From a virus: a stretch of 64,000 nt of DNA. The stretch covers positions 64,001 through 128,000 of IMG/VR virus record IMGVR_UViG_3300042868_003730, one strand, 5' to 3'. A model generated the notes under the pieces. It was not told the DNA's origin, ran no database searches, and was given only the letters and a program-made list of their open reading frames with translations. This document shows positions 8,879 to 17,995 of this stretch, in pieces (position 1 is the first letter of the stretch; each line of letters opens with the position of its first letter). A program made the position numbers and the translations under genes.

Positions 8879-9408
8879 CCTACTTCGCAAACTTCCCAGA
8901 TATCTTATATCCATTCGAACTGGGTGGAAAGATCAAACTCGTTCGAGTCAAAGACATTGTTTGTAATGTTAGAGTTAGAAAGAAGGTACTGAGTAATATC
9001 ACGTTGTATGATGAATATGATATTGAGGACGGAGAGACTCCGGAAATTATTGCTGAGAGAGTTTATGGGGATGCCAATCTTCATTGGGTAATTATGCTTG
9101 CGAATGATCGTTATGATAGGTGGAATGATTTTCCAATGAGTGGAGAGGCTCTTGGCAAGTACATTGAAAACAAATATGGGCAGGGAAATGATGGTGACCA
9201 GCACTATATTTTTGACACGCCACATTTCGAGGATGAGAAAGGAAATATAGTTGACGGTCCTGCAACAAATCTAGTTCGAGCCATAACCAATCTTGAGTAT
9301 GAGACAAGAGTCAATGAGAGTAAACGAAGAATTAAGATTATCAATAAAACTCTAATTGCTGCTATCGTCTCTGAACTTGAAACATCATTTGAGACGTTCG
9401 AAGAATGA
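8875..9408 (+). CDS. gp53: baseplate wedge subunit (gp53, LysM-like)
   Basis: MTYFANFP, YDIEDGETPEIIAERVYGDANLHWVIMLAN, EYE...NESKRRIK. Confidence 0.92.
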   Translation: MTYFANFPDILYPFELGGKIKLVRVKDIVCNVRVRKKVLSNITLYDEYDIEDGETPEIIAERVYGDANLHWVIMLANDRYDRWNDFPMSGEALGKYIENKYGQGNDGDQHYIFDTPHFEDEKGNIVDGPATNLVRAITNLEYETRVNESKRRIKIINKTLIAAIVSELETSFETFEE

Positions 9409-10640
9409 CTGTTAATTACCCTCTGAAGTTTGCAGGTGAATATACCTTAGATGAGGTAACTATAATTACGTCTGAAAATGCAGAGACGAATATTGTCGAT
9501 CAGGTTGTTGGTATTGTTGTTTATGAAGATCTGTTCTCTCCATTTATATCAGGAACTATTTTCATAAAAGATACATTCGACCTCCCTGGGTTATTCGGAA
9601 GATCTGGACTTAATAGAGTTCGTCTAAAGATATACACCCCAACTATTGACAAAGATAATTATATCTCTTCGGTATTTCACATATACAAACATTCTGATAG
9701 AACACTTACTGGGGATAGAACGCAACAATACTCATTCCACTTCATATCAGAAGAAGCTATCGCCAACCAGAAAAAGATATCCAAGAGTTATGGTGGTTCT
9801 CCATCAGAGTTAGTGAACAGAATTATTAGAGATGAGTTCCGTTCTAGAAAACCAGTCTATATGACTCCATCGACGAACAGCATAAAGTATGTGTCTAACT
9901 TCTGGACTCCGACGGAGAATATCAGATTCCTTTCTGAGGTATCAAGAGGAACTGGTGGTGATAACTTCGTATTTTTTGAGAATAGAGATGGGTTCAATTT
10001 TCTTTGCTTAAATGATATGGCAAATAAACAAAAGCCAACTCTACAGAAGTTTAAAAATATTGATTCTCTTGGCAAAGGAAAGAAAGATATCAATTTTGAC
10101 TATGAGACTATTATTTCCATAAACGTAGATACTTTCTATGATTACTTCAAAGACTTAGATTCTGGTATGATAAAATCTAAGTTGTATATCTCTGATCCAG
10201 TATTAAAGAGATACAAGATTAAAACATTCGATCTTTCAACTGATAAAAAAGAACTACTCAATAAGAACAGACTTTATACTGATAAAGTAATTAGTGAATC
10301 ACAAACAACTATTATGAGCGGCACCCGTCAGTATAACACGATGAGTGCCGGAGACTCAACTAACTTTGATTATTATCAGAGACGGATTTCTCAGATCAGA
10401 CAATTCCAAGCATCGAAGGTTGAGATCGAGGTTCTTGGAAGAACGGACTATACTGTCGGCAAGAAAGTGCTCTTGGATATTAACAAGATTCGCTCATTCT
10501 CTGCGGGAGATGATCAGGGAGATTTCTTAGATAAAATCCTTAGTGGATACTATATAATTTCCGCAGTCGCGCATAAGTTCTCTCTTGATAAACACATCTG
10601 CAGCCTCGAACTAATTAAAGATAGCACACAATCAGAATGA
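9405..10640 (+). CDS. baseplate hub protein (gp27-like / late control D-like)
   Basis: YEDLFSPFISG, FVFFENRDGFNF and C-terminal GRTDYTVG...LSGYYIISAVAHKF...LELIKDS; lies between gp53 and gp5. Confidence 0.7.
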   Translation: MTVNYPLKFAGEYTLDEVTIITSENAETNIVDQVVGIVVYEDLFSPFISGTIFIKDTFDLPGLFGRSGLNRVRLKIYTPTIDKDNYISSVFHIYKHSDRTLTGDRTQQYSFHFISEEAIANQKKISKSYGGSPSELVNRIIRDEFRSRKPVYMTPSTNSIKYVSNFWTPTENIRFLSEVSRGTGGDNFVFFENRDGFNFLCLNDMANKQKPTLQKFKNIDSLGKGKKDINFDYETIISINVDTFYDYFKDLDSGMIKSKLYISDPVLKRYKIKTFDLSTDKKELLNKNRLYTDKVISESQTTIMSGTRQYNTMSAGDSTNFDYYQRRISQIRQFQASKVEIEVLGRTDYTVGKKVLLDINKIRSFSAGDDQGDFLDKILSGYYIISAVAHKFSLDKHICSLELIKDSTQSE

Positions 10641-13060
10641 CACAATTTTACACTGGCGTAGTTGAGGATAGAACCACTGACCCATTAAAATTAGGTCGTT
10701 GTAAGGTAAGAGTATTCGGTTTACATTCTGAGAGTAAACTAGATCTACCAACAGCAGATCTGCCATGGGCGATCGTAATGCAGCCTGTTACATCAGCTGC
10801 TATGAGTGGTATTGGGTTCTCTCCAGTTGGTCCAGTTGAAGGTTCTTGGGTAGTTGTTATCTTTACTGATGCTGATAACCAGCAGCCAGTAATTATTGGT
10901 ACACTGGGTGGTATTCCTCAACAGGACGTCGGGACGAACTCAACTTATGCTGAACAAAGCAACACATTAAAATCCACTGATGGCACAGAAGTAACGGATA
11001 GTAGTGGTGCTCCAATCTTAACTGGTGAGACAACTCCTGCTACTCCGGAGACTTCTACCTCAGTTGGCCAAGCAAAGAAAGTATCTTCTTTATCTTTATC
11101 AGCAGAAGGATTAAATGAATTAAAGAGTCACGAGGGTCTTGCTTCTTTGGATAAAGCAAGGACGAGAATCGGCAGAGATTCTACTCCTGATAATACAACA
11201 TTGTATCCATATAAAGATACCAAAGGCATTTGGACGATCGGTTGGGGATCAACTTATCTTCTTGATAATTCAAGAGTCAACGAGAACACAATTATCACTA
11301 AAGCAGAAGCTGATAAACTTCTGGCATATAAACTGGAAAAGGAATTTGTTCCTGCTATAAAACGTAATGTGAAGGTTCCTGTCACCCAGAGTATGTTTGA
11401 CTCTCTGGTGGGTATGGTCTATAATATGGGATCTGGTGGATTGTTTAGCAGCCAGATTGCTACAAGTCTTAATGCAGGAAAATATGAAGAAGCAGCTGCA
11501 TTTATTCCGCAGACCAGAAATAACAATGGTACTCTCACTGGAAGAAGAGAAAAAGAGAAAACTCTATTTCTGAAAGACGGTATTCCTACCATCGATGGTG
11601 ATGTAACACCAACTCCAGCAACGCCAACTGAAACCAAAACAGCAGCTGATGTTACGCAGAATCCAGCTGTTATTCGTAAAGCATCCACGACTACCGTAGC
11701 GCAGCCATTAAACCCAACAGATAATTCTGGTTTCAAGGATCCTAATAAAGCATACCCAAGATTTCTGAATGAACCAGATACGCACCGTCTAGCAAGAAAT
11801 GAGTCTATTGATAATACAGTTGTATTCTCCAAGGAAGCTGGTCGTGTTCTAAACGTAAAGAAGGCAGATGGGTCAACTTGGAATCAACCTCCTATTCCAT
11901 ACAATGCCAAGTATCCATTCAATCATGTATTCGCAACTGAGAGTGGCCATATTGAAGAATGGGATGACACAAAGGGCAGCGAGCGTCGTCACTCCTTTCA
12001 TAAGTCTGGAACATTTTACGAGATCGATGCAAATGGAACTAGAGTAACTCGTATCGTCGGTGATGATTATGAGATCTTAGAACGTAATGGTAACATTCTG
12101 GTTAAGGGTGCTTGTAACGTAACTATCCAGGGAAACTCGAATGTTCGAATTGAGAATAACTCTATCGTTCAAGTTTTAGGAAATGCTACTCTAAATGTTA
12201 CTGGGAATCTAACCCAAGCAGTATCTGGTGATTATAAAGTAAAGGTCGGCGGTCAATTCGCAGTTGACGCAAATAAGATTTACTTCAATAGTGGAGTTGC
12301 GAGTGGAGTGTCTCTACCAACAGAAGCTGCTGGTGAACAACCAGAGTTCGGTGTATTGACTACGACAAGCAGAACTAGCGATGTTGATGCCAATTACGAG
12401 ACTCCACAGGAAGGTAATTCAGAGGAATTCGTTGCGAAGAATATTGATAATGGTAAGGTGAATCCAGAAGAGACTCAACCTACCACGACACCAACCACTG
12501 AGGAAGCAGTTGTTCCAGAGAAAACAGCAGTCGCATCGTTCACTACTTGTGGCGATGACATCAAGAATACAACTACCTTTACCTCTGGATTCAAACTAAC
12601 TGAACAGTTTACGCTTGGTCAAATCTGTGTCGGCTCCAGTGGTATTCCAAGTGGTGTCAACTATGGAATACCAGCATCTGAAATTGTTTGTAACCTTCGT
12701 CTACTGGTAGCAAATTGTATTGAGCCAATCAAAGCAAAGTATCCGAATCTGAATATCACCAGTGCCTGGAGATCGGAAGCACAGAATACAAAAATCGGTG
12801 GTTCAAAGACATCGGATCACTTGAAAGGAATGGCGATCGATTTCCAGTTGAAGGGATTCAACAGAAAGCAACACTACGATGCTATTATTGAGATCCAGAA
12901 AATGCTTCCGGCATTCCGACAACTTATTCTTGAGTATAAAGGTGCAACTACCTGGATTCATATTGCTTTCAATATAAATAATAATCTTATGCAGGCATTG
13001 ACAATTGATGCAGCAATAAATAAGACCCTCAAATCTGGTGGCTATGTGCTAAAGGAATAA
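10637..13060 (+). CDS. gp5: baseplate central spike gp5: OB-fold + GH24 lysozyme + beta-helix + C-terminal M15-type peptidase
   Basis: GVVEDRTTDPLKLGRCKVR (OB fold); HEG...YKDTKGIWTIGWG (lysozyme); YPFNHVFATESGH..E.DDT.G.ER (gp5 C-region); SAWRS..SDHLKGMAIDF..WIHI (peptidase M15A-like). Confidence 0.92.
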   Translation: MTQFYTGVVEDRTTDPLKLGRCKVRVFGLHSESKLDLPTADLPWAIVMQPVTSAAMSGIGFSPVGPVEGSWVVVIFTDADNQQPVIIGTLGGIPQQDVGTNSTYAEQSNTLKSTDGTEVTDSSGAPILTGETTPATPETSTSVGQAKKVSSLSLSAEGLNELKSHEGLASLDKARTRIGRDSTPDNTTLYPYKDTKGIWTIGWGSTYLLDNSRVNENTIITKAEADKLLAYKLEKEFVPAIKRNVKVPVTQSMFDSLVGMVYNMGSGGLFSSQIATSLNAGKYEEAAAFIPQTRNNNGTLTGRREKEKTLFLKDGIPTIDGDVTPTPATPTETKTAADVTQNPAVIRKASTTTVAQPLNPTDNSGFKDPNKAYPRFLNEPDTHRLARNESIDNTVVFSKEAGRVLNVKKADGSTWNQPPIPYNAKYPFNHVFATESGHIEEWDDTKGSERRHSFHKSGTFYEIDANGTRVTRIVGDDYEILERNGNILVKGACNVTIQGNSNVRIENNSIVQVLGNATLNVTGNLTQAVSGDYKVKVGGQFAVDANKIYFNSGVASGVSLPTEAAGEQPEFGVLTTTSRTSDVDANYETPQEGNSEEFVAKNIDNGKVNPEETQPTTTPTTEEAVVPEKTAVASFTTCGDDIKNTTTFTSGFKLTEQFTLGQICVGSSGIPSGVNYGIPASEIVCNLRLLVANCIEPIKAKYPNLNITSAWRSEAQNTKIGGSKTSDHLKGMAIDFQLKGFNRKQHYDAIIEIQKMLPAFRQLILEYKGATTWIHIAFNINNNLMQALTIDAAINKTLKSGGYVLKE

Positions 13061-13061
13061 T

Positions 13062-13346
13062 ATGCCAGCAGTAGCAAGACTCTACGACAAATGTTCTGGT
13101 CATGGTTGTTTCCCTCCGAGGGTAAATGATGCTGCATCATCAGATGTTTTTGTTAATGGTAAAGGCGTACATAGAGTCGGCGACCATTGGATTCCGCATA
13201 AATGTAATAAGAATATGCATGACTCAATCCTTGCTGCTGGGAGTTCTACTGTATTTGTTAATGGTAAGGCTGTTGGAAGAATTGGTGATGATGTTGCCTG
13301 TGGTTCAGTGATAGCGCAGGGATCTTCAGACGTTTTCAGCGGGTAA
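13062..13346 (+). CDS. PAAR spike tip protein (gp5.4-like)
   Basis: MPAVARLYDKCSGHGCFPPR, SSDVFVNGK, RIGDDVACGS. Confidence 0.93.
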   Translation: MPAVARLYDKCSGHGCFPPRVNDAASSDVFVNGKGVHRVGDHWIPHKCNKNMHDSILAAGSSTVFVNGKAVGRIGDDVACGSVIAQGSSDVFSG

Positions 13347-13353
13347 CTAAATA
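13347..13353 (+). promoter_or_regulatory. late promoter CTAAATA
   Basis: Intergenic, directly before gp25. Confidence 0.6.
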
Positions 13354-13357
13354 ATAC

Positions 13358-13744
13358 ATGGCCACAATAACATTCTCAGATATCGATGCTAGTTTTACAC
13401 CAAATCCCATAACAGGCGATTTGGCAGTAAGAACAGACGACCAGGCAATTAAATTCGCCATTCGTTCACTCATAATGACGAATTATTATGAGCGTCCATT
13501 TCATAGTAATATTGGATCCCCTGTCAGTTCTCTCTTGTTTAATAACATGGGTCCAAATTTCAATAGCATCCTTAGGCAAGGCATTACTGATACCATAAAC
13601 AACTTTGAACCAAGAGTTGATGTTTTGGAAGTTCAGATAGATGATTCACCAGATAATAATCGAGTGTATATCTCGATTATCTTTAAGATTAAGAACACAG
13701 AAAGACCAATTGAGGTCGGGCTAAATCTAACGAGAACACGATGA
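13358..13744 (+). CDS. gp25: baseplate wedge subunit (gp25)
   Basis: FSDID.SF..NPITGD, AI...I..L..TN.YERPF...IGS, I.NFEPRV. Confidence 0.95.
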   Translation: MATITFSDIDASFTPNPITGDLAVRTDDQAIKFAIRSLIMTNYYERPFHSNIGSPVSSLLFNNMGPNFNSILRQGITDTINNFEPRVDVLEVQIDDSPDNNRVYISIIFKIKNTERPIEVGLNLTRTR

Positions 13745-15531
13745 CAAGTAAAAACATTAGAACCGATTCTCTTGATTTCGATGAGATCAAACAGAATATC
13801 AAGAACTTCCTTCGTGGTCAGTCTAAGTTTACTGACTATGATTTCGAAGGTTCTGCTCTTAGTATTCTGATTGATGTTCTTGCGTACAACACTCATTACA
13901 ACTCATTGTACACGAACCTTGCGGTCAATGAGATGTTCTTGGATAGTGCAAACAAGTATTCTAGTGTTGTGTCATTGGCGAAGAGTCTTGGTTACAATGC
14001 CAAGTCTATTACTAGTGCCAGAGCAAAAATCAATCTAACCATCACTACTAATACGTTTAGCACAAATACTTTAGTTCTTCCCGCAGGAACAGTATTCCGT
14101 GGTAAAGTAGGTGATGTTGAGTATGACTTCGTCGTAGAGAGTGATGTCAGTTCATCGGGATTTCTTACTGCAGATAACATTAATGGTGTGTATAGGTTCT
14201 TTGATGTAAGTTTGGTTGAAGGTTATAGACTCACCAAACAATACGTCGCGACTGCAACTGGATTTGATTTTGCTATTCCAAATAGATTGGCTGATCTTTC
14301 ATCGCTTCAGGTTAGCGTTCAAGATAATGCATCTTCATCAATCTATACTGGATTTGGTTTTGCAGCTGACACATTATCAGTTCAGGGTGACACCCCTGTA
14401 TATTTTATCAAACAAAGAGATGATCTTTATTACGAGATATTCTTTGGTAATGATGTAATTGGTAAGGCAGTCAATCCTGGTAATGTCGTTCACCTTAGTT
14501 ATTTGGTTAGTTCTGGCTCAGCTGCAAATGGTGCCAATAATTTCGTATACTCCCGTGGATTGAATCTTCCATCTTTGACATCAACTGTCGTAGAGTTAGT
14601 TTCTGCTGCTTATGGTGGAGCAGAAGAAGAAGATATTGATTCAGTTAGATTCAATGCCCCTCGCGCGTATGCCTCGCAGAACAGAGCTGTGACGGCTGAA
14701 GATTATAAGAATATCCTTTATACCAATTACCCATCCATTGAAACAATTGCTACCTGGGGTGGTCAGGAGAATTACCCTCCTGTATACGGAAAAGTTTATA
14801 TCTCCGCAAAACCATACGGTGCCAGTTCATTTACTGCTGCAGAAAAAGAAAGTATCATAAACTTTATAAAGAGAACCAAGTCTGTTGTGTCAGTTACTCC
14901 TGTGTTTGTTGACCCAGAGTTCCTGAGAATTGAACTTACCACAACAGTAAACTTCAATAGAAATGCTGCTCGCCGAAGTGTTGGTGAGATCCAGAGTCTT
15001 GTTGCATCGTCTCTCGTACAGTACGGTGATTCACTTGGTAAATTTGGGTCCAATTTTAGATATTCTAAGGTCGGTGCTTTGATTGATGGCGCAGATGATT
15101 CTATTACGAGCAATGAGACATCGGTTAAAATTAGACATACAATAAGTCCGTTGTATAATAAGAATGCAAGATACACAGTCCCATTCGATAACCCTATCTT
15201 CGATAATCCACTTGGTGGGGCATTCTTCTCAACGAGATTCTATATTCCAACAGTAGAAGATCGTTGTTATCTGTCAGATGATGGTGCGGGCAATATCGAC
15301 CTTTATTCAGAAACAATTGAAGGAACTCCTTCTAGAATTAGAACAGTTGGTAAAATTGAATACGTATCTGGGTTAATTGATGTATATGAATTAACGATCA
15401 GTGGATTACATGATACATTGTTTGAGTTCGTGGTAATTCCAGCGAAGAATGATATCTTTCCAACTAGAAAGTATATCATCCAAATGCCAGAAGAACTGTT
15501 AAATATCAGCATGCAAGTCGATAATACCTAA
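13741..15531 (+). CDS. gp6: baseplate wedge subunit (gp6)
   Basis: LDFDEIKQNIKNFLRGQ..FTDYDFEGS.LS.LIDVLAYNTHY, NEMFLDSA, AP..Y..QNRAVTAEDY, PPVYGKVYIS. Confidence 0.95.
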   Translation: MTSKNIRTDSLDFDEIKQNIKNFLRGQSKFTDYDFEGSALSILIDVLAYNTHYNSLYTNLAVNEMFLDSANKYSSVVSLAKSLGYNAKSITSARAKINLTITTNTFSTNTLVLPAGTVFRGKVGDVEYDFVVESDVSSSGFLTADNINGVYRFFDVSLVEGYRLTKQYVATATGFDFAIPNRLADLSSLQVSVQDNASSSIYTGFGFAADTLSVQGDTPVYFIKQRDDLYYEIFFGNDVIGKAVNPGNVVHLSYLVSSGSAANGANNFVYSRGLNLPSLTSTVVELVSAAYGGAEEEDIDSVRFNAPRAYASQNRAVTAEDYKNILYTNYPSIETIATWGGQENYPPVYGKVYISAKPYGASSFTAAEKESIINFIKRTKSVVSVTPVFVDPEFLRIELTTTVNFNRNAARRSVGEIQSLVASSLVQYGDSLGKFGSNFRYSKVGALIDGADDSITSNETSVKIRHTISPLYNKNARYTVPFDNPIFDNPLGGAFFSTRFYIPTVEDRCYLSDDGAGNIDLYSETIEGTPSRIRTVGKIEYVSGLIDVYELTISGLHDTLFEFVVIPAKNDIFPTRKYIIQMPEELLNISMQVDNT

Positions 15532-15533
15532 AC

Positions 15534-17273
15534 ATGGATGCATTAATCAATAGTACTGCTGTAGTAGCAGCAGTACTTTCTAAACAAGTTGCTCTTGCAT
15601 CTTCTATTGATGCTTCTGCGATTGCATCACCACCGCTGTCTAAACAAGTTGCTCTTGCATCTTCTATTGGTGCTTCTGCTTTAATATCAGGGAACATTTC
15701 TTCTGGTGTTGCAGTATGTACCGTCAATATAGTAGCTAACCTTAATGTTACTGTAGTTATTGGCACTATTCCTGCACGATCTTCTATCAAATGTATTAGT
15801 TCTGCAGCAGGAAATCTTTCTGTAATAAGAAAACGTGATATCAATGATGTTCTTCCTGCCCATCTAGTTGAACAACAGTTTCCTTCATTCATTCGTGATG
15901 ACTATCCAAAGATGGTCGAGTTCACTAGAGCCTATTATGACTTTATGGCTCAGACTGAGAATGGACGGATAGAGAATCTTAGAAATATCGATGAGACCTC
16001 AGGTGATTATCTTAATCACCTACAGAATGAATATCTGTATAATGCAGCGAAACCTAATTTTGAACAGGACTTCGCTGCTGAAGATTTCATTAGATATTCT
16101 AGGCAGTTCTATGCTGCCAAAGGAACTGAAGAATCAATTAAGTTCTTATTCCGCGCTCAGGCAAATAAAGAAATTGAAATTGAATATCCATCTGAACTGA
16201 TATTCAAACCATCAACTGCGCGTTGGTACCAAGAGCAGTCAATTAAAGTATCAATTACTGAGAATTCGAATTCTATTCCTGCTACTTATTTTATTGGTGG
16301 GTATTTAACTATCAGAAATAACAACGGCGAAGAACAGACAATTGAAATATCTAATGTTATTGATTTAACGCAAAAAGTAGCATCTACTGATTTATCTACA
16401 GAATTTGAGATATTCTTTACAACAGAATTGATTATTGATATTCAAGTTGGTAATGAACTTTTCGCGACCAACTTTTCCGCAACAATTACACCATCTATCT
16501 CAGAAGTTGACATTATTAATGCAGGAAGTAATTTTAGAGTTGGTCAGGTAGTTAAACTTGATGGTGTCACTGGATCTGGCGCAGTTGCTGTTATTACAAA
16601 AGTGCTTGAAGGCGGCGCAATTCGAAATCTCAAACTTATTAAGTTTGGTTCTAGTTATGTTACTAACTTCTACCTTGGTATTGAGCCGGAGGGTGTGTTT
16701 ACTAATACAGGTGCATCATTCACTGTTCCTAGTATTGATGGTGTTATTGCTACTACTAATCGTGCTCTCACAGACGTGACAGAAGGGTTTTTAGAATCAA
16801 AATCTATCTTAAGATCAGATTATGTTCTTAATGATTCTCCGGATGCATTTCCTTTCTATGCGTATCCTGGCTATGACGGTAAGTATGTTTCGCAATCATC
16901 TAACAGACAGGTATTTTACCTTGAGGAAAATTACTCTGCGTTGTTATTATGTAAAATTGGAGCGGTCTGTAAATATCCAGGAAAATATCTAGACCAGACT
17001 GGAATGCCATCTAACGATAGCGTTCTGCAAGATAATAATTACTATCAAGATTTCTCTTATGTAATTAAATCTACTCTTGATATTGAGAACTATAGAGATA
17101 CGATTACAGCTCTGGCGCACCCAGCTGGGTTCAAGATGTTCGGTGAACTATCAATTGAAAATGAGTTCTATAGTGACACTACAGCTGGGGAAGCTACTGT
17201 CAACTCATTTGTTGATCCAGCTAGTTTTATAAATGTGAGTGTTACTGTTGCAGCTACTCTTAGTGTTGTCTAA
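15534..17273 (+). CDS. gp7: baseplate wedge initiator (gp7-like) with a repeat-containing N-terminal extension
   Basis: VEQQFPSFIRDDYP..VEF..AYY, FY.AKGTEESIKFLFR, QDNNYYQDFSYVIKS, HPAGFKMFGE. Confidence 0.8.
   Translation: MDALINSTAVVAAVLSKQVALASSIDASAIASPPLSKQVALASSIGASALISGNISSGVAVCTVNIVANLNVTVVIGTIPARSSIKCISSAAGNLSVIRKRDINDVLPAHLVEQQFPSFIRDDYPKMVEFTRAYYDFMAQTENGRIENLRNIDETSGDYLNHLQNEYLYNAAKPNFEQDFAAEDFIRYSRQFYAAKGTEESIKFLFRAQANKEIEIEYPSELIFKPSTARWYQEQSIKVSITENSNSIPATYFIGGYLTIRNNNGEEQTIEISNVIDLTQKVASTDLSTEFEIFFTTELIIDIQVGNELFATNFSATITPSISEVDIINAGSNFRVGQVVKLDGVTGSGAVAVITKVLEGGAIRNLKLIKFGSSYVTNFYLGIEPEGVFTNTGASFTVPSIDGVIATTNRALTDVTEGFLESKSILRSDYVLNDSPDAFPFYAYPGYDGKYVSQSSNRQVFYLEENYSALLLCKIGAVCKYPGKYLDQTGMPSNDSVLQDNNYYQDFSYVIKSTLDIENYRDTITALAHPAGFKMFGELSIENEFYSDTTAGEATVNSFVDPASFINVSVTVAATLSVV
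15579..15679 (+). repeat. 41-bp direct repeat with a 60-bp period in the gp7 N-terminal extension
   Basis: TCTAAACAAGTTGCTCTTGCATCTTCTATTG(A/G)TGCTTCTGC at 15579-15619 and 15639-15679. Confidence 0.9.
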
Positions 17274-17276
17274 ATA
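17270..17276 (+). promoter_or_regulatory. late promoter CTAAATA
   Basis: Overlaps the gp7 stop codon and precedes ORF 17302. Confidence 0.6.
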
Positions 17277-17301
17277 ATACACAAATCTAATTCAAATAAT
17301 T

Positions 17302-17991
17302 ATGCAATTACAAGATACATTCAAAGTCACGGGAAATATTGTTCTGCGTCGATATGATGAGAATGGTATTCTTAATCTCGAGCGTGAACACAAGAATCTA
17401 GTTGTTACGACTGGCAAGGAACTAATTGCATCCAGATTAGCCTCTGATACACGCCCTGCTATTACGATTACTGCTACAGCGGGAACTAGCACAGAAGCGA
17501 CCATTACATACGCTACACAATTAGTTGTTCCGTATGAAGTTGGTACATACATATCCATTAGTGGCGTTGATCCTGTAGGATATAATGGAACATATAGAGT
17601 AAAGACAGCAACCACGACACAGATTACCTTTGATAGTACCACGACTGGGTCAATGGTAACTGCTGGTATTATCAATTCATTGTTTAATGATACAATCAAA
17701 ACAATGAGAATTGGTGAGAATACTACAGTGGCTAATCTTAGCGATATTGCCTTGGCGACTCAAGTAGGTTCTGTTAGTCTTTTCTCAAGTGCGTTTAGTA
17801 ATGCCAATGGAACAGCAGATGTTGTTTATATTGCTTTGTTTCCTGCAGGAACTGGCACCAGTACAGCTGGAATTGCTGAGGCTGCTTTGATGAATAGTAG
17901 TAATAAAATGCTTTGTAGAACAGTATTCCCTCTTGTCACAAAGGCAGCAGGAGAATCCCTGGCAATCTTCTGGACAGTAACTATAAACTAA
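17302..17991 (+). CDS. virion structural protein (tail-collar/fibre-base-like) with an inserted small beta domain
   Basis: KNLVVTTGKELIASRL...A.FPAGTGT...I.EAAL.N....MLCRTVFP.V.K...ESL.I.WT.T pattern; lies in the baseplate cluster. Confidence 0.65.
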   Translation: MQLQDTFKVTGNIVLRRYDENGILNLEREHKNLVVTTGKELIASRLASDTRPAITITATAGTSTEATITYATQLVVPYEVGTYISISGVDPVGYNGTYRVKTATTTQITFDSTTTGSMVTAGIINSLFNDTIKTMRIGENTTVANLSDIALATQVGSVSLFSSAFSNANGTADVVYIALFPAGTGTSTAGIAEAALMNSSNKMLCRTVFPLVTKAAGESLAIFWTVTIN

Positions 17992-17995
17992 TAAG

